A model generated the notes under the pieces. The model worked only from the letters and a program-made list of their open reading frames with translations, was not told where the DNA came from and did no database searches. The position numbers and the translations under genes were made by a program. From Sulfurovum sp. (lineage in GTDB: Bacteria; Campylobacterota; Campylobacteria; Campylobacterales; Sulfurovaceae): a stretch of DNA of 64,000 nucleotides. The DNA lies in the NCBI GenBank assembly GCA_002733355.1, contig NVVN01000001.1, positions 324,073-388,072 of the forward strand. Direction: 5' to 3'. This document shows positions 61,628-64,000 of this stretch, piece by piece (position 1 is the first letter of the stretch; each line of letters starts with the position of its first letter).

Positions 61628-62695
61628 ATGTTCAAAGAAAAATTACAACCTTTTATAGACAGACATAATGAAATCAATACCCTTTTATCTTCACCAGATA
61701 TTGCCTCAGACATTAACCGCATGACAGAACTCAGTAAAGAGCAAGCTGGACTAAATGAATTGGTAGAAAGAGCAAAACTGTATATTAAAACATCCGATGC
61801 CATTATTGAAAATAAAGAACTTTTAAGTGATGCTGAACTAGGGGATCTCGCCAAAGAAGAACTCTCCGAACTAGAGCCAATGCTTCCTGAACTCGAAGCA
61901 GATATCAAAGTCCTTATGCTGCCAAAAGACAAAAATGATGATAAAAATATTATTTTGGAACTACGTGCAGGTGCAGGTGGTGATGAAGCAGCACTTTTTG
62001 TAGCAGATGTCTTCCGTATGTATACACGCTATGCAGAACAAGTAGGATGGAAAATAGAAATCATGTCATCTTCTGACGGCACTGCCGGTGGATATAAAGA
62101 GCTCATAGCACAAATTAGTGGGGAATCAGTCTATGCAACGCTCAAGTATGATGCAGGTATACATCGTGTCCAACGTGTCCCAGACACAGAGACGCAAGGA
62201 CGAGTACATACTTCGGCTATCACTGTAGCAGTCATACCAGAAGTTGATGATGTAGAAGTAGATATAAAACCTAATGAGATTAAAATGGATACCTATCGTT
62301 CAAGTGGATGTGGAGGGCAATCCGTCAACACAACAGACTCAGCTGTACGACTTACACACATTCCTACAGGTATTGTTGCAGCTATTCAAGATGAAAAGTC
62401 TCAACACAAAAATAAAGCCAAAGCGATGAAAGTACTTAAGGCCAGAGTTTATGAGGCAGAGCTCCAAAAACAATTAGATGCATCATCTAGTCAAAGAAAA
62501 CTTCAGGTTGGTTCAGGTTCACGTTCTGAAAAGATACGAACCTACAACTACCCACAAAATAGACTCACAGATCACCGCATAGGACTGACNCTTTACNCGC
62601 TTGATGATATCATGAATAATGGCAATTTAAAACTTGTGTTTGAGCCACTCATCGCCCATGCTAGAACAGAAGCTATCACAGAGGCCGGACTCTAA
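61628..62695 (+). CDS. prfA: Peptide chain release factor 1
   Basis: [10 protein letters not shown] (PxT), GGQ and RTYNYPQNR. Confidence 0.98.
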   Translation: MFKEKLQPFIDRHNEINTLLSSPDIASDINRMTELSKEQAGLNELVERAKLYIKTSDAIIENKELLSDAELGDLAKEELSELEPMLPELEADIKVLMLPKDKNDDKNIILELRAGAGGDEAALFVADVFRMYTRYAEQVGWKIEIMSSSDGTAGGYKELIAQISGESVYATLKYDAGIHRVQRVPDTETQGRVHTSAITVAVIPEVDDVEVDIKPNEIKMDTYRSSGCGGQSVNTTDSAVRLTHIPTGIVAAIQDEKSQHKNKAKAMKVLKARVYEAELQKQLDASSSQRKLQVGSGSRSEKIRTYNYPQNRLTDHRIGLXLYXLDDIMNNGNLKLVFEPLIAHARTEAITEAGL

Positions 62696-62698
62696 AAG

Positions 62699-63169
62699 AT
62701 GCCTCACTTCGAAGTACTCAAGAGCAACGGTGACCTTAAAGCCATCCTCAAGTCTGCCTTTGATGTAAACTTAGATATATCTGGCTCTTGGGGCTACACA
62801 CAAAAGTTAGCCACAGTATTTACAGTCTCAGATGTACCACTTATGCAACTTGAACATATGTTTGCATCCATGAGAGCCTATACTGAGATGAATATGATTT
62901 TAGAAAAAAAAGAACGTTACGGCAGTATTAATCTTAATGAGCTACAAAGAGAACAGATAGTAGTTGATCATCTCATCTATGACAAAGTTACGTATCAAAT
63001 TACTGCGATGAAAGAAGATATCTATGCTTCATTTATTAAAGCATATAAAGAGGGATATGGTAAAGATACTTTCGATATGACGGAACATTTTAACCAAAGG
63101 AAAAAGGCCACACTTGAAAGAATAGAAGTACATTGGTTTGAAATACACAAGGTTCTTAGAGTAAATTAG
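62699..63169 (+). CDS. Hypothetical protein (156 aa)
   Basis: ORF directly after prfA; GSWGY motif; no family assigned. Confidence 0.7.
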   Translation: MPHFEVLKSNGDLKAILKSAFDVNLDISGSWGYTQKLATVFTVSDVPLMQLEHMFASMRAYTEMNMILEKKERYGSINLNELQREQIVVDHLIYDKVTYQITAMKEDIYASFIKAYKEGYGKDTFDMTEHFNQRKKATLERIEVHWFEIHKVLRVN

Positions 63170-63235
63170 TATTACACACTATTACTCGTAAATATGCCTA
63201 TGCAACATATAATATTGCATGGCTAGTATCAGTTA

Positions 63236-63538
63236 TTATTTAATTTTTTTCTCTTCTGTTACCGTATTTCCTTTAAGATCAACCCAGGTAATTACTACTT
63301 TTTCACCTTTTGCTGCTCCTCTAAATTTAAATTTAAACATAGGATTCTTTGATAAAAACTGACTTGTAGATACATCATACACTACTTTGTCTCCTACTTT
63401 TGCACTAAAATGTGTGATAAAGTTTGCATCCACACCTTTTTTCTTCGCTTGGTCGTACGTAAGCATGTTATGTTTTGCCATAACTTTTACATTTACGATA
63501 TCACCCTTTAATTTTGCTTTAATTTTCATATTAGCCAT
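63236..63538 (-). CDS. soxZ: Thiosulfate oxidation carrier complex protein SoxZ
   Basis: VKVMAKH.M, ANFITH, SKNP.FKFKF and WVDLKG. Confidence 0.92.
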   Translation of the reverse strand: MANMKIKAKLKGDIVNVKVMAKHNMLTYDQAKKKGVDANFITHFSAKVGDKVVYDVSTSQFLSKNPMFKFKFRGAAKGEKVVITWVDLKGNTVTEEKKIK

Positions 63539-63639
63539 AATATTCCTTTATTTATATTGTATTATTCTCCTGCTCTAAACATCTTTAACAAAATGCTCTC
63601 GAACTTATTAAACCAGTGTCTCTCTTCTCTTCTTGAGAA

Positions 63640-64000
63640 TTANCCCTCACATCCACCTAAGGCAACTTCAAGCGCTTGTGAACCGACATAAAACTNACCA
63701 TCTACACCTTCAACAACTGCTGTGATTTTTCCAGATGCTTTCATTTTAATTTTCANCATATAATCTACAATACCACCTTCAGGTACCGTAAATACTGCCA
63801 CTGTAGCCTCGGGGTTTGCATCTTGAAAAAGAGAAACTGTCTTCGCAGGAATATCCGACTTAACTGTTACAGGGATAGCTCCACCATTACTTGCTACTTT
63901 AGGTGCCTTCACTTTTACACCACTCTCTTCTAGTTTTACATCACCATAAAGTGCCTTGATACTGTCAGCTACATTATGCGCAGTCCATGTATCAGGTTTA
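63640..64000 (-). CDS. soxY: Thiosulfate oxidation carrier protein SoxY, 5' end outside the window
   Basis: APKVASNGGAIPV, NPE and KIKM; C-terminus EVALGGCEG; upstream of soxZ. Confidence 0.92.
   Translation of the reverse strand, partial: KPDTWTAHNVADSIKALYGDVKLEESGVKVKAPKVASNGGAIPVTVKSDIPAKTVSLFQDANPEATVAVFTVPEGGIVDYMXKIKMKASGKITAVVEGVDGXFYVGSQALEVALGGCEX

Overview
AT-rich chromosomal window from a sulfur-oxidising Campylobacterota (Epsilonproteobacteria), most consistent with a Sulfurovum/Sulfurimonas-like organism (inferred from separate rpoB/rpoC, the futalosine genes mqnA/mqnD, soxYZ, and the recA-eno / mqnD-murB synteny). Scattered Ns, many at third codon positions, and four N-rich patches suggest a consensus or metagenomic assembly. 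About 2-20 kb is the core tRNA-tuf-rpmG-secE-nusG-rplKAJL-rpoBC-rpsLG-fusA cluster. The rest is housekeeping genes plus an accessory ynbABCD-like lipid-modifying operon followed by a YeeE/YedE pair. The main finding is a candidate non-canonical SOS-like regulon. A palindromic operator-like motif (TATGTCAA-W-TTGACATA) occurs as a perfect 27-bp inverted repeat in the recA/mqnD intergenic region. It also occurs twice between a stand-alone phage-CI-like S24 autopeptidase repressor and an unannotated divergent 37-aa ORF, and once upstream of an HTH-only paralogue of that repressor. Other items of note: a tandem pair of SPOR-like membrane proteins, one a degenerate hybrid kinase; a catalytically degenerate EAL protein; a ComEA-like protein with a histone-like Lys tail; a GGCEG-type SoxY; a probable ATA start codon; and a missed zinc-ribbon microprotein. 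No CRISPR array, rRNA, IS or prophage was detected.
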